Of a stretch of DNA of 64,000 bases, positions 49,459-61,860 are shown piece by piece (position 1 is the first letter of the stretch; every line of letters begins with the position of its first letter). A program made the translations under genes and the position numbers. The stretch comes from Folioceros fuciformis (lineage: Eukaryota), in contig JBNGIO010006281.1 of NCBI GenBank assembly GCA_049999805.1, positions 16,360-80,359 of the forward strand. Direction: 5' to 3'. The notes beneath the pieces were generated by a model that was not told where the DNA came from, made no database searches, and worked only from the letters and a program-made list of their open reading frames with translations.

Positions 49459-50784
49459 ATGGAGCAGGAGGTGAAGGAATTGCTGGCAGCCATCAGCGCG
49501 TTGGATGAGCAGGCTCCCACGGCGGACGGGGTCAGGCTCCTCAAGGAGCAGGCTGGGAGGATCGCAGCTCTTAGCCGGAACCATGCGGATGGCAAGCGGT
49601 CCAGGATACAGGAGATGAGCATGGAGGTGGTGAGCAGCAACCCCTACAGCAGGCTCATGGCACTCAAGAGGATGGGGATTGTGCACAACTACGAGCAGAT
49701 CCGGGACTTTTCGGTTGCCGTGGTCGGGGTCGGGGGTGTGGGGAGCGTTGCAGCGGAGATGCTCACCAGGTGCGGTATCGGCCGCTTGCTGCTCTACGAC
49801 TACGACACTGTGGAGCTGGCCAACATGAACCGCCTCTTCTTCCGCCCGGACCAGGCGGGCATGACCAAGACGGATGCAGCCGTGCAGACGCTGGCGGATA
49901 TCAACCCGGACGTCGTGCTGGAGAGCTACACCCTAAACATCGCCACGGTGGAAGGATTTGACAAGTTCGTGGACGGCTTGACAAGGCAGATCGGCGGCAA
50001 GGAGAGCTTGGGGCCCGAGAAGAAGAGCGGGGTAGATCTGGTGCTCAGCTGCGTAGACAATTACGAGGCCCGCATGGTGGTAAATCAGGCCTGCAATGAG
50101 TTGAGACAGACGTGGATGGAGTCCGGCGTTTCTGAGGACGCCGTGTCCGGCCATATCCAGTTGCTCATTCCTGGGGAGACTGCATGCTTCGCCTGTGCTC
50201 CACCTCTGGTAGTGGCGTCCGGAGTAGACGAGAAGACCCTCAAGCGGGAGGGAGTATGTGCTGCTTCTTTGCCCACCACCATGGGCATCGTTGCAGGACT
50301 GCTGGTGCAAAACTGTCTCAAGTTTCTTCTTGGCTTTGGGAATGTTTCCAAGTACCTAGGCTACAGTGCTCTTAAAGACTTCTTCCCGACCATGGAGATG
50401 CGACCCAATCCGCAGTGCTCCAATTCAGCTTGCCTTCAAAGGCAGAAAGAATTTGAGCTGGCCAAACCTGAGAGAGATGCTGCTGCCAGGCTTAAGGCCG
50501 AGGCGGATGCAGCTGCTGAGGCACGAGCTGCCAAGGTGCCTCTGCATGAGGATAATGAATGGAGCATAAGTTTGTTAGAAGATGACGAGGTGGAGGACCA
50601 CATATCCACCCAGTTCGAAGCTTCTTCCTCACCCCTTCCCGAAGGCTTGTTCAGGGAGCTGCCGGATTCAGATTTTTTAAAGGATGGCGGCACTTCCAAT
50701 TCTTCCACTTTTGTCAATGTGGAAGACGACTTAGATGATTTGCAAAGGCAGCTACATGCTCTCAATAGTGCAACCTTCCTTTAG
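49459..50784 (+). CDS. UBA5: UFM1-activating enzyme E1 (UBA5), intronless
   Basis: [104 protein letters not shown]. Confidence 0.96.
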   Translation: MEQEVKELLAAISALDEQAPTADGVRLLKEQAGRIAALSRNHADGKRSRIQEMSMEVVSSNPYSRLMALKRMGIVHNYEQIRDFSVAVVGVGGVGSVAAEMLTRCGIGRLLLYDYDTVELANMNRLFFRPDQAGMTKTDAAVQTLADINPDVVLESYTLNIATVEGFDKFVDGLTRQIGGKESLGPEKKSGVDLVLSCVDNYEARMVVNQACNELRQTWMESGVSEDAVSGHIQLLIPGETACFACAPPLVVASGVDEKTLKREGVCAASLPTTMGIVAGLLVQNCLKFLLGFGNVSKYLGYSALKDFFPTMEMRPNPQCSNSACLQRQKEFELAKPERDAAARLKAEADAAAEARAAKVPLHEDNEWSISLLEDDEVEDHISTQFEASSSPLPEGLFRELPDSDFLKDGGTSNSSTFVNVEDDLDDLQRQLHALNSATFL

Positions 50785-51255
50785 GCTTCTTTCCATCACC
50801 AAGTAGTCGTGTCACAGTTTTGTTGTAATCATTTTTTTCTGGCCAGATCAGTACTGCGTTCGGTGCACTCGTCACTCGTGGTGCAAGTCACAGCTGACCG
50901 TGGCATAGTTGAAGCCACGAGTTTGTCACTTCCATAGAATGATTCGGCCGTGCCCATTGTCGCTCGCAGCGACTTGAGTTCAATTCTTTGTATCACTCCA
51001 TGTCGTAGCTACAGCTCCTAAGGAGCAAACTATGTCTCCATACATACTGACGAAACGTCAGTGCCTTGTTGCGTGTTCATTGGCAGTCGCTCTTTTAACC
51101 TCGCAACGTCATAACGCCTAGCACTATTTGACACGAACATCAGACACGAACACCGTCCTGTGGACGCTGGATTTTAGACATTAGGGCTTTGCACACTGGG
51201 CGAACTCTGAAGTCCTACACTTTGAGTGCAGCTGTAGAAAGTGGTTGAAAGAGTC

Positions 51256-52622
51256 ATGCTGACCAGACTATGGTCGATGCTGCGGTCTGTCAGCTCAAGG
51301 GAGTTAGTCGGAAAGGACAAGGCCGGAAACCTCTTCTACCGTATTCCTTGCAAAGATGGAGGTGATGCGAATCTGGCTTGTCATTCTTTGCCCAATCTTG
51401 CAGATGTGAATCCCTCGACCATGACTTGCTTGTGGTTTTATTGACATAGCACTTCTGCTTGCTTTGCAGGGGCGGAACGAAGGTGGGTCGAGTACAAAGA
51501 TCAAGCAAGTCTTGACCCAACTACTTTACCTGGTGAGCTCGTCCTGGTTTGAACGCCCACCAGCAATCAGGGGACTCACATAACTCTGTAGCCGGTTTGG
51601 AATGGAGGTTAATTGCCTCATTTTTTGCTGAAGCATCATTTTGTTGCTGCTAGTTGAGTGGTCAAGCTGGTTACACGGAACAAGGAGGGAGCCCCCAACT
51701 GCACAGGTGAGGACTTGGTCGTTGTATGAAGTTGCTGACAGGAGAGTGAAATAAACACTGGTGGCACGCGGTCGAGTTTCTTGCTCCAGGAAATGATTGA
51801 AATGGAGCAAAAACGCAAACTTGTCAAGCTGAAGGCCTCATGTATGTATCTAAATCCTCTTCCTTGCTCAGCTTTCCTGGGACGCAGGTTGGGTAGATAA
51901 TTTCAACGTTCCTTTTCCTTGTTGACTCATGTAATTATGTGCTCCGTTTCCCGTATAGACTACTCCCGTGAATCACCTTCATCCTCCTTGTAACCGGGTA
52001 AAAACATGTCTTAGTGTTAATGCAGTGATTCGGAAGGAGGAAGAAAAAAGGAAGTTTAGGGCTAAGAGTCTCCAAAGTGGACTAACCTCGGGTTTGAGCT
52101 CTGTCCAATCCACGAGATTTCATCACTGACGCCGTGCCGAAATTCAGCAGTTTAAATTTCTGGTCTCTTTTGTTGGCTCCAGACGATGTCAACCCAGAAA
52201 CCATGGAGCTCTACCTGCAAAAGGTTACAACGGCGGATGCTGACCCTGCACAACAAGGTTGGTTCGAATAAGCGTGAGCTGTTGCTCCATGACGGGGCAA
52301 GCTGCAAATGTTTGGCACCCCTTTTACAGTGAGCTGCATTTCAAGGTGTCCTGTGATGCTCCCTTGTTTGTTTCTCAAGATACTGCAGGAAGTTCGCCAA
52401 AAGGGGAGAGCAAAGTGGCCCAAAACGGCTCCTCCTTCCCTGAGACGTGGCAACCTGGAACACAGCAGCCTGGCTCTCCAGAGCAGCAGGTATTTCACCA
52501 ACAGCTCGTTCTTGTTGCGGCAGACAATAGATTTTCTCACAAGGTCTTAAATCTATTTGGTTTCTATGTTCTCTTGTCACACACAATTGATCTTTGACAT
52601 CGGCTGTCAGCAGAATAGGTAA
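51256..52622 (+). CDS. NDUFA12/NDUFAF2 (mimitin)-like complex I assembly factor; terminal exon uncertain
   Basis: LVGKDKAGNLFY|AERRWVEYK...DPTTLP|VEWSSWLHGTRREPPTAQ|EMIEMEQKRK...SFPETWQPG. Confidence 0.85.
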
Positions 52623-53771
52623 GAGTCCAGCCCCAAGATAATTGCTGGCTTAGATCGAGCAGCAGGTTGTGGTCAGAGGGAAGCACGTTGAAAACTTTCT
52701 TATTGACGGTTCACGTCAGGGTGTAATATATCACTGAGAAGGAGAGCCGGATACTTTCGTTGTAGCAAAACAACTGCTCATTTGTATCGCATCAGTCGAG
52801 CTAGCTTCGACAGTCGGGATGTCCTCGTCCCTTCGCAGTTTTTCCCGAAGCACTGGGGGCTTCCTTTTTCTAGTAGACCAACAAGATGAATGGCTTGCAA
52901 ATCTAGATATTGTTTCAACAACCCAGGTGCTTAACAGCTGGAAAATGTCCTGAGCCCCTGGACACTGAACTGCCCTACGGACTGTCACTCGCGTATTTCC
53001 CAGGACGGCAGGCACGGAAGGATGTGCAGGCTGGTGCGGGCATAGCAACCGTGACTAGCCGCTTTTCCGTGTCCTGGACTTCACAAAAAGGTTTGCGTGG
53101 ATCATCCTGAAGACTGCGCACCCATATGGTTGGCTCTGTTAACGTGCATCGAGAGAAAGCATTTTGTTGTGAAGATGCAATTGGCCGTTCTTAGGCGACC
53201 AGAGTCTTGGTTGCTGTGGCACTGGAGGCTCTGGTTGTTGAACCTGCCCCTTCCAATAAGAACATACGTGTAGATTTCGCTCTAAGGACCGCCAGGATTG
53301 TATGTTTCTCAGTGCTGGCTTTTCTGCTTCGATGTCACCCTGTGTGCCCATCAAGCTGAGCCTGTTTTCGAATGAATGTGTGCGAATTTTAGGGGATGAG
53401 ACTCGAGCAGAAACCATATCCGTTTACGAGATTGCTAGTTCTGCTTAAGCAGAGTAGTTTGTGTGCATAACTCTCGTTTCATAGTGTGTTCTAACAGTTC
53501 CCAGATGGAGCACGAATAGCTTCCCAAGTGTCGCCCGTACGGAAGGCGAAGTGCTGACTGCAGCATGCGACTTCCCAGCGTTAACTGCATGCTTTTCCTT
53601 TCACATTCCCATGCAAACCACCTTTCCTTCATAAGCAATTCTTAAGACATGGATGAGCTACAGTACTGGCACTGCGCACTCTTCTCCCACCAAGCTTTGC
53701 TGACGCCTGGCAGGCAATTGGCTGACGATCACGTGGTCTCTCTTCGGCTGTATTCCAAGTAGCGAGTGGAC

Positions 53772-55355
53772 ATGGTTGCGGACGTTAGAACTCAAAAAAT
53801 AATGTCCTTCCAGCTCAACAGTGGAGGTAACATTCCAGCAGTAGGCTTGGGAACATGGCAAGCTGAGCCAGGAAAGGTTGGGGAAGCTGTGAAAACTGCG
53901 ATCGGTGTAAGTTTTCTCGTCTCTCCTAAATATTTTGGTGTGCACTTAAAGGGTCAAGCCTCATGTCTACATTGGCCTGTGGACAGTTTATCGCTAGCTT
54001 GAAACTGATCTGGATTGGTTGAGCCGTGCAGGCCGGCTATCGTCATATTGATTGCGCTGCAGCTTACAATAATCAGAAAGAGGTAACTTGCGTGATCGCA
54101 AAAACTCTATGTCGCCCTCTAGAGAAGGCAGCTACGATGAACACGATTTCCGTCCGCACTGGATCCTACAGGTCGGAGAGGCGCTTCACTATGTGTTGAA
54201 GAACGGCATCGTCAAGCGGGAGGATCTCTTCATCACTACGAAGCTCTGGTACTGAGCATAAGTTCGGTACTGTTTCAGTGGATTGCGACCCTCGCTTCAA
54301 GGTCATTTTGTGTCGTTTGATCTAAATTTGGATTGTTTTCCTGCAGGAATACGGAGCATGAGCCAGAGGAGGTTCCCGTGGCATTGGACCGGTGTCTGAG
54401 AGATCTTCAATTGGATTATGTGGACCTCTACCTCGTAAGTGGACTGAGTAAGGCTGCAGCTGACGTCTTGTGGGCCGAAATTTACAAGATCGGGTGTCGC
54501 GATCTGTATTCCAGATGCACTGGCCTGTGCAACTCAAAAAGGGAGCTCCAAATCCACCGCGCGCGCAGGACTTCGCGCCCCTGGACATCAAGGCCACCTG
54601 GCAAGCCATGGAGAGGCTAGTTCCCCCTGGAAAAGTCAAAGCGATTGGAGTGAGCAACTTTTCTGTTACAAAGCTGAAGAACTTGCTATCGTATGCGCAC
54701 ATTGTTCCTGCAGTCAACCAGGTGGAGTGTCACCCCATGTGGCAACAGAGGAAGCTCAAGCTCGAGCTCGAAGATCACAATATACATCTCACGGTCTGGC
54801 TTCTCATGTTTTCTTTCCTTCTACGGGCCCGCCAGGAATCAGCCTGTTCACAAAAACGGGGCCAACTTCTCTGTTACATCTTGTGTAGACCTAGAATAAA
54901 AATGCATCTGCTCGACTTCTAATTGGTTGGAATGTTAATTGGACAGGGTTACTCTCCCTTAGGATCCAGTGGCAGCCTTTTCGTCGGATTACACTTGCTG
55001 GAGCAGCCAGTCATCAAGGCGCTAGCTGAGAAGTATCACAAGTCACCAGGCCAAGTTGCTCTCCGTTGGGGCGTGCAGCAAGGACATAGTGTGATCCCTA
55101 AGAGCACACAGGAGGCGAGACTGAAATCGAACGTGAACATATTTGATTTCAGCCTGTCGGATGAAGATCTGGAGAAGATCTCTGGTATGACGCAGGTAAA
55201 GAGCATTCCCTCCGTCAACCCATGCCCTATGTGAAAACTTCATCCAGTCTAACTCTTGTCCGTGGCAGATTCGCTTCTTGAGAGGCGAAGAATGGACTAA
55301 TCAGACGACAAGCCCGTTTAAGGGTGCCCTAGAGCTGTGGGATGGAGAGGTTTGA
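53772..55355 (+). CDS. Aldo-keto reductase, AKR4C-like
   Basis: [51 protein letters not shown]...IGVSNFS...[17 protein letters not shown]...QVALRWG...VIPKS...ELWDGEV*. Confidence 0.95.
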
Positions 55356-55889
55356 GTGCTTTTAGTTTGACATCACAAACGATGGGGATGAACGTTGCGT
55401 TGGTTTAGCTTCCAGCGACTGAGACAAACGGTGTTGATTAAACCTGTATAATGTGTAATACAAGCTCTCTTGCTTTTTTCAATTCCCCTTGTGTAAGGTA
55501 CTGAGGTATCTAGAATAAAGGCCGAAACCAAATATGGGTAGTCTTTTGAATCCTTGTGCCCAGTCTTTTTAGGCGGATTCTCATGGATGAATGCTAATGC
55601 TAGAAACCTTAATGTTTTCAAAATTACAATTTATTTTTGAACACACTAAAAAATAATATTATTTATACAATTAGTTTTATGTATAATTTTAGAAATATTT
55701 AAAAATATTTAATTGACTCAGTTCTACATTTAGAAATATTTCATTGATTTTCAGTCCCTAACCCTTATTTGAATGTCAACTTGATCTTAGTAGTTAGCTC
55801 AACTCTAACATCCTCTTCGTAGTCTTAGTTAGCTCATCAAGAGTATTGCCCTCTACCTTACACAACGTAAAAAAAAGATGACCTTAATC

Positions 55890-56530
55890 TTGCTTATTCA
55901 CTTCACGATGCTCCATACACAAATTACTCAACCCTCTTCCTTATTCAACGTTGATCTTGTCTATTCACTCCACAGCACTCTATTTACAAATTACTTAACC
56001 CTCTTCGTAAGTTACTTAACCCTCTTCCTTACGAAGCGATGGTCATGGATCTAGGCTATTCACTCTGCAAAGCTCTAATTAAAAATTACTCAATTTTCTT
56101 ACTATTTATTTTACAGCGCTTCACTTATAAATTATTCATCTTTCTTATTATTCATTTTATAGTGCTCCATTTATAAATTACTCAACTTTCTTACTATTCA
56201 CTTCATAATGCTTTATTTACGAATTACTCAATTTTTTTACTATATATTACATAGCACTCCACTTACAAATTATTCAACTGTCTTATTATTCACTCTACAA
56301 CACTCTATTTATAAATCACTTAAGTTTTTTATTATTCGCTCTACAGTATTTTATTTATAAATTATTTATTTTTTATTACTTATAAATTATTCAATTGTTT
56401 TACTATTCACTTATAAATTATTCAATTGTTTTACTATTCATTTTGAAGCGCAGCACTTACAAATTACTCAACTTTCTTAGTATTGACTCCTTAGTGCTCC
56501 ACTTACAAATTACTCAACATGCTTTCTTAC
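55890..56530. repeat. AT-rich 46-bp tandem array (~13 degenerate copies)
   Basis: Units such as ttactattcacttcataatgctttatttacgaattactcaattttt start at 56099, 56145, 56191, 56237, 56283 and 56329 (period 46). Confidence 0.9.
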
Positions 56531-58164
56531 TACTCAACAATAGGCTCCAAGTAGCTTGCCATTCATTGACTACTCGAACCACACTCTCCAAGTCGTGTTT
56601 TTTATCTAAGATACTACTCTTTGTTTAATTACAAAAGAGTATGGCGATCTATTCCCGCTGGCTACTGGCCTAAACTCTATTTGACAAGCCTGCTCTTCAA
56701 ACCCTCTAATAAGCTTGCTCTTCTAGCCCTCCACATCTATTTCTCCACACTAGGCTTCCTTTTGTGTACATACATGTCTTAAGGCATTAACTGTAGCCAA
56801 TTTATACATCATAACTAAGGCACTACCAAAGTTAGGAATCATATATACCACTCATCTGAGAATACTAGTAGTCGTTACAACTCCATCCTTCTTAAGTGCT
56901 TTTGCCTGGAACACACTTCTTGTTTCCTAAGGCAGCAAGAAGCATACTTTCTTCTTCATCAAAGCAACTCTAGATTTAGCTTTCATCGTTTCTACTTTTA
57001 ATTTTCACCTTATTTCACATATACCATTACTCTCTCCCTCCCTAAGAAATGTTATTGTCCTCAATAACCTTCAGTATAAGGTGAGATCTATGATCTTTGT
57101 TGCACATCTTGAAGCCAAATCCAAATAGGATATGCAAAATCAGGAAGCCTTACTAGATACCCTAGAACATTATTACGAACAAAAGGCACTAGTCTCTCTG
57201 CCATGAATTCAACAATCTCTTGTAGACTATGGTTATATTGAACTAGGATGACATATTCTTTCTTGTTCATATCTTCATTCTCTTCCGAAATCACAAACAA
57301 TTTCAACAAAGAGACATGAAACACATGAGAGAAAATCCAATTAGGCAATTACAGTTTGTAAGCCACATTCCCAATGCACTTTATAACTACGAAAGAACCT
57401 CCATACTTAGGTCTTACCTTAGGGAACAATTCTTGAGGTGCTGGGAAGTGCTTCAACTTCACCCAAACCTTGTCACCCGCTTAAAATTCTACCTCTTTCT
57501 TGTACTATCAACAAACTTCTTTTGCTTATCCTAAGCTATGACCAAAATCTTCCTAGTAATTTCATGTCAAGCCCTCAATTGCTCAATAAATTCACGTGGT
57601 TCTCATGCTACTGTTTCAAACAAGCTAGCATTGAACATGGAAATTGCATCCATTGCTTCGTTATTTGTTAATTTAAAATTTATATAGCCTGTGGAGCTAT
57701 ATACAATATTTTTACAACATAGTTCTATATCTTTAAGATGAGTAATCTAATGCCTATGGTCCATTTGTACAAAGTGTCATAGGTATTCCTCTTGAATTCT
57801 ATTTACCCTCTATGTAGATCCATCTGTATCAAGGTGTTATGTTGTGCTTAAACATAATTACATTCAAATTGTCAAAATTGTCATTGTCCAATTTTTTTGT
57901 GAATCTAGATCTCTATTATTCACAATCTACATATGCAATCTATGTAACACGTAGATTTGCTTCTTCAACAACTAAGCAACTTCTAAAGCCTTCACTCGCT
58001 TCTTTGTGGGAATAAAGTGTGCTTGCTTGGTGAACCTAGCAACAACTATTATAATAACTATGTATCCATTACAAGTTGGAAATGGCATAACAAAACCCTT
58101 TGAGATAATACTCTTACAAGGCCAACTTGGAATAGGCAGGGGTTGTAACAAACGCCATGCATTT

Positions 58165-58436
58165 TGTAGGGTTATTAAAGCCCAATGTGCTTAGACTAAT
58201 GTGTTTAGTCTAAGATTAGTGTCTAGTTAAGTACCATTAGTTTAGAGTAGCTTAAGCTAATTTGTAGGATGCTTCTTGCGTAGGTTCCTGTGCGCTTCTT
58301 GTGAAGCTTCCTAGGGAGCTCTTCTAGAGGGTATATAAATAACCCCTTGAGCTCCCCTGTTATTGAGAGACACTGAGAGTGTGACCTCTCTTTCTCCTCT
58401 CCTCCTTCACCATGTAGCTCCTCTAGCAATCCTACA
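58165..58436. mobile_element. Solo LTR (272 bp) nested in the gypsy integrase
   Basis: Ends TGTAGG...CCTACA (6-bp inverted), exact 5-bp TSD CATTT at 58160-58164 and 58437-58441, internal TATA (gtatataaat). Removal restores the integrase frame VEQTNAWRLLQPLPIP. Confidence 0.9.
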
Positions 58437-58779
58437 CATTTGTTTGCTCTACCTTATCCTGTTGACGGTCTACATAGGTTTTCACAAACTCTAAATTATG
58501 TTTGTACATTCCAGGCCAATAAAACAAAATCTTCAACTTCTCATAAGTTGTTTTAATTCCCTGATGGCCAGCACTTGGCACATCGTAATATTTTATAAGA
58601 AAAATTCTTCTCAACTCTTGAGAATCAAGAATCACAATCCTATTTTGCTTGAACTAATATTAACAAGCATTTCTAAGCTTAAACTTAGACCCTTGTTGCT
58701 CCACTTCATTAATCTAGTCTTGCACCAATGGATCTCGTAGATAAGCCTTATTAATCTGCGTGTGAGTGTGCCTTAGCTC

Positions 58780-58995
58780 AATCACCATCCGTGTTGCAGC
58801 TAGCTTAGGATTCTAGAAAGATATAGAAGTGTATATTGATGTGTCAAGTACAGCAATTGGAGGAGTGCTTATGCAAGAAGATAGACCAATCGCTTACAAG
58901 TCAAGAACGCTGCATGAACATGAAAGGAAGTACCCCACTTATGAAAAAGGAGATGACAGCCGTCATCAATTGCCTCAAGATTTGGAGACATTCTC
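58780..58995 (+). pseudogene. Gypsy RT-associated RNase H fragment
   Basis: VYIDVSSTAIGGVLMQEDRPIAYKSRTL..HERKYPTYEK, then frameshift to EMTAVINCLKIWRH. Confidence 0.85.
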
Positions 58996-59446
58996 TTCAT
59001 ATTTTTCATCTTAGCACTTAGTCATCTTGGTGGAATAGACCTTGCTCTCATACCAACTATGTAACACCCCCTTACTTAGCCAACTTAATAAGGAGCAACG
59101 GCCTTGGATGTTGTCTATTCACTTCCTAGCGCTCCATGTACAAATCACTCAACTCTCTCATGACTTAGTACTAGGCTCCAAGTAATCCGCTGTCCACTAA
59201 CAACTTGCAAACCACCTCCTCCAAGTGTTGCTCTTTATTCAAGATACTTGCAAAAGTAAGTCCTAATGGCTACTAGCCTTGACTCTATTTGACAAGCTTG
59301 CTCTTCAAGTTGTCCATAACTATATCTCTTCACACTACGCATCCCTCTATCTAGAAAGATATCTCAAGGCCTTAGCCCTAGCCTTTTCATACTCCACAGC
59401 TCAGTTACTACTAAAGCTGAGCATCGTATAGATCACTCATCTCAGA

Positions 59447-59556
59447 ATATTAGTGGTTATTACAACTCCATCTTTCTTAGGAGCTTTTGCTCGGATCATA
59501 TATTAGTGGTTATTACAACTCCATCTTTCTTAGTAGCTTTTGCTCGGATCATATAT
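59447..59556. repeat. 53-bp tandem duplication inside the right LTR-like copy
   Basis: atattagtggttattacaactccatctttcttag(g/t)agcttttgctcggatcat at 59447 and 59500. Confidence 0.92.
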
Positions 59557-59914
59557 CTTGTTGTCAAAGGCCGTAAGAAGCATACTTGCTTCTTCATCAA
59601 AACAGTTCTAGATTTAACTTTATTAATTTTACTTTTAATTTTTACTTTATTTCACTTATTCAATTGCTTCAACTGTTAGTGTGGACAAGCATGGTCAGTC
59701 CATCTTGGTTAATTAATGTGAAAAAGAAGTTTACAAATCCAATAGTAAAATGGTTTATGAATTGTGAAGGTCCACTCCGGTTATCGGTCGATGGCTGGAA
59801 ACGTTTGTGTATGTGGTGTAGCAGGGGTGGGGATGGGGGTGGTCGATTAACTTTTCGCGTTGTGCTGGATGGAAGCGATGGTCTGTAGTGATAGTGGGCA
59901 AGCTTGGTGTCAGC

Positions 59915-61168
59915 ATGAAGGACGAGGATTCCGAGTGGAGGGGGCGGTCACCGAGGACTGAAGACCGGGAGGAGGAAGAGGAGGCGACCATTTTGCCTAA
60001 TCGTCCTGGATTTGGACTCGCAGTGCTCGTCTTGGCAGCGTTCGCGGTAAGTATTTGTGTTGTTGGACTTGGTTTGCACAGTCCTCTTAGGTTGAGGTTT
60101 GGGAAATTCTCATTAATATGTAAGCGGATCGGACTTTGGACAGCTAGGAGCTCTGCGCCGGAGGCTTGCAAGGCTTAACCAAAGCGTTTATCGGCAGGTA
60201 GGTGATGGTGCGTCCCCCTCCTTTATGGCTGCACGGTAAGAGGGAGGTCAGGCAAGCAGGCAAGCAATGTTGGGAAAGATGTTTATCTTCTGATACCATT
60301 GTGTAGAGCTACGGTTCCCCCGCACGTGGCGCTTCCAGGACTGTCGTATGGTGGGTCTGGAGAGATGGCCAGGGGTTTTCCTCCGGGCCTTACACTGATC
60401 CATGGAGGTTTCGACGGACACACCAGTTTTGGGACGAGTATTTCGAGGAGGAACTTAGAAAGGTGGGCTTCCGGCTTGTTCCAAAAGTGGCCAAAAGATG
60501 TGTGAAATACCTCTCCTTGGCAACTGAAACGACATGGTTGCGTTTGTGTGAATAGGAACGCATGAGGCGAATGCAAGAGGTGTTTCACAGGGAAAAGACT
60601 CGGTACACCAGAGATTTTGGATGGCACGAGCAACCAGGGGACTGGTACTCATCACGACATTGGGACTCCGGTGATGCCCAGAGCACCACAGCGGGAGGTC
60701 AAAGACAACGAGCTTTTAGGCAAGCGGAAGCGCAAAAACATTATCAAGTTTTAGGTCTTGATCCGTATGTACTTTCATGCCTCCAGTTTTGTTTGATGGA
60801 CTGTTTCCGTTTTCTCTGCCCTCTGGTGCTCATCAAGAGGTATGGATTTGGTCTCAGGAACTTGCAGTACTCCGAAGCAGAGCTCAAGGTACGGCGCGGT
60901 ATGTAGGGTAAATTTGCCGCTTCGATTTCATGCATTCCTCGTAACGTGTGCTTCGTCAAGTTTCCAGGCTGCTTTCAGAGCAAAAGCAAAACAACATCAT
61001 CCTGACCGAAACCCCAATCGGAAAGGTAACTTCGCAGTTGTGTCCTAACTCTTACCCTAGGAAGGTACTGACTTATGATTGTCCTCACTCGCAGCGGAGG
61101 CAGAGGAGAAATTCAAGGCTGTTGTAGAATCGTACGAGACCCTTCGTGAGCGGATGAAAAGGAAGTAG
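59915..61168 (+). CDS. DnaJ protein with N-terminal hydrophobic segment and C-terminal J domain (multi-exon; inner small exons tentative)
   Basis: MKDEDSEWRG...FGLAVLVLAAFA|LGALRRR...|FWDEYFEEELRK|ERMRRMQEVFHREK...QKHYQVLGLDP|...SEAELK|AAFRAKAKQHHPDRN|AEEKFKAVVESYETL; HPD motif present. Confidence 0.85.
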
Positions 61169-61860
61169 TATTGTTTCATATGTTCTGAAACATACTGTCC
61201 ATTTGAAGAGAGTGTACAATATTTTAATCAATTGACTAGTGGACGGTGCTCTCCAAAAATGTCACATGCTATGCTCATGAGCATTTGCACATTTCAAACA
61301 ACATCGTAAGCAAATCCATACATGCTTAGATTGTCAAGCAGTTGCAGACTCAGTATCAGAGATCGAATGCATAAAGAATATCATACACCATACCCCCCCT
61401 AAACTATCCTAGAGGCCACATTCAAACCTGCACACATTTATTTCCCAATTAAAACAACCGTAGTTTGCTTGCAGTCGCCATCCAAAGACCTACATTTAAC
61501 TCGAGAAACCAACCTGAAGATTCCTTGAGGGGTCAATCTTACTCCAAATCAGATGACCATACCTTCGGAGAGGAGCAGTGTCAACAGTGTTAATCAGGGC
61601 TTCTGTTGGCAACAAGTGTTTAAAGCGAGGTTGTATTACACAAAATTGCCAACACAAGAGAGAAACCCTGCAGAGGCTCAGAGAAATGCCACCAGTTTAA
61701 TTGGCTACTAGAGAGTAGCTGCAGAACATGAATTTTCACAGGATGTTCCTCCGCGAGCAATAGCCCATATCTTTTCGAGTCTGTGCCGTGCCGTCCCTTG
61801 TGCATTGCAAACATTCTGTGATTGTAAAAAAGCTATCCTTGAACAATTAACCCCCCGACT

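Larger units (their letters stand above)
55800..59665 (-). mobile_element. Decayed Ty3/gypsy LTR retrotransposon with internal deletion/rearrangement
   Basis: Diverged direct repeats ~56480-57020 and ~59115-59660; minus-strand polypurine tract agggagggagagag (~57030-57043) next to the left repeat; minus-strand integrase remnants (AGHQGIKTTYEKL..FYWPGM, LLQPLPIP) with many stops. Outer boundaries are approximate. Confidence 0.82.

Noticed and set aside
52700-53700. Short ORFs between the NDUFAF2-like and AKR genes
   Set aside because: No coherent splice model or motif could be built.
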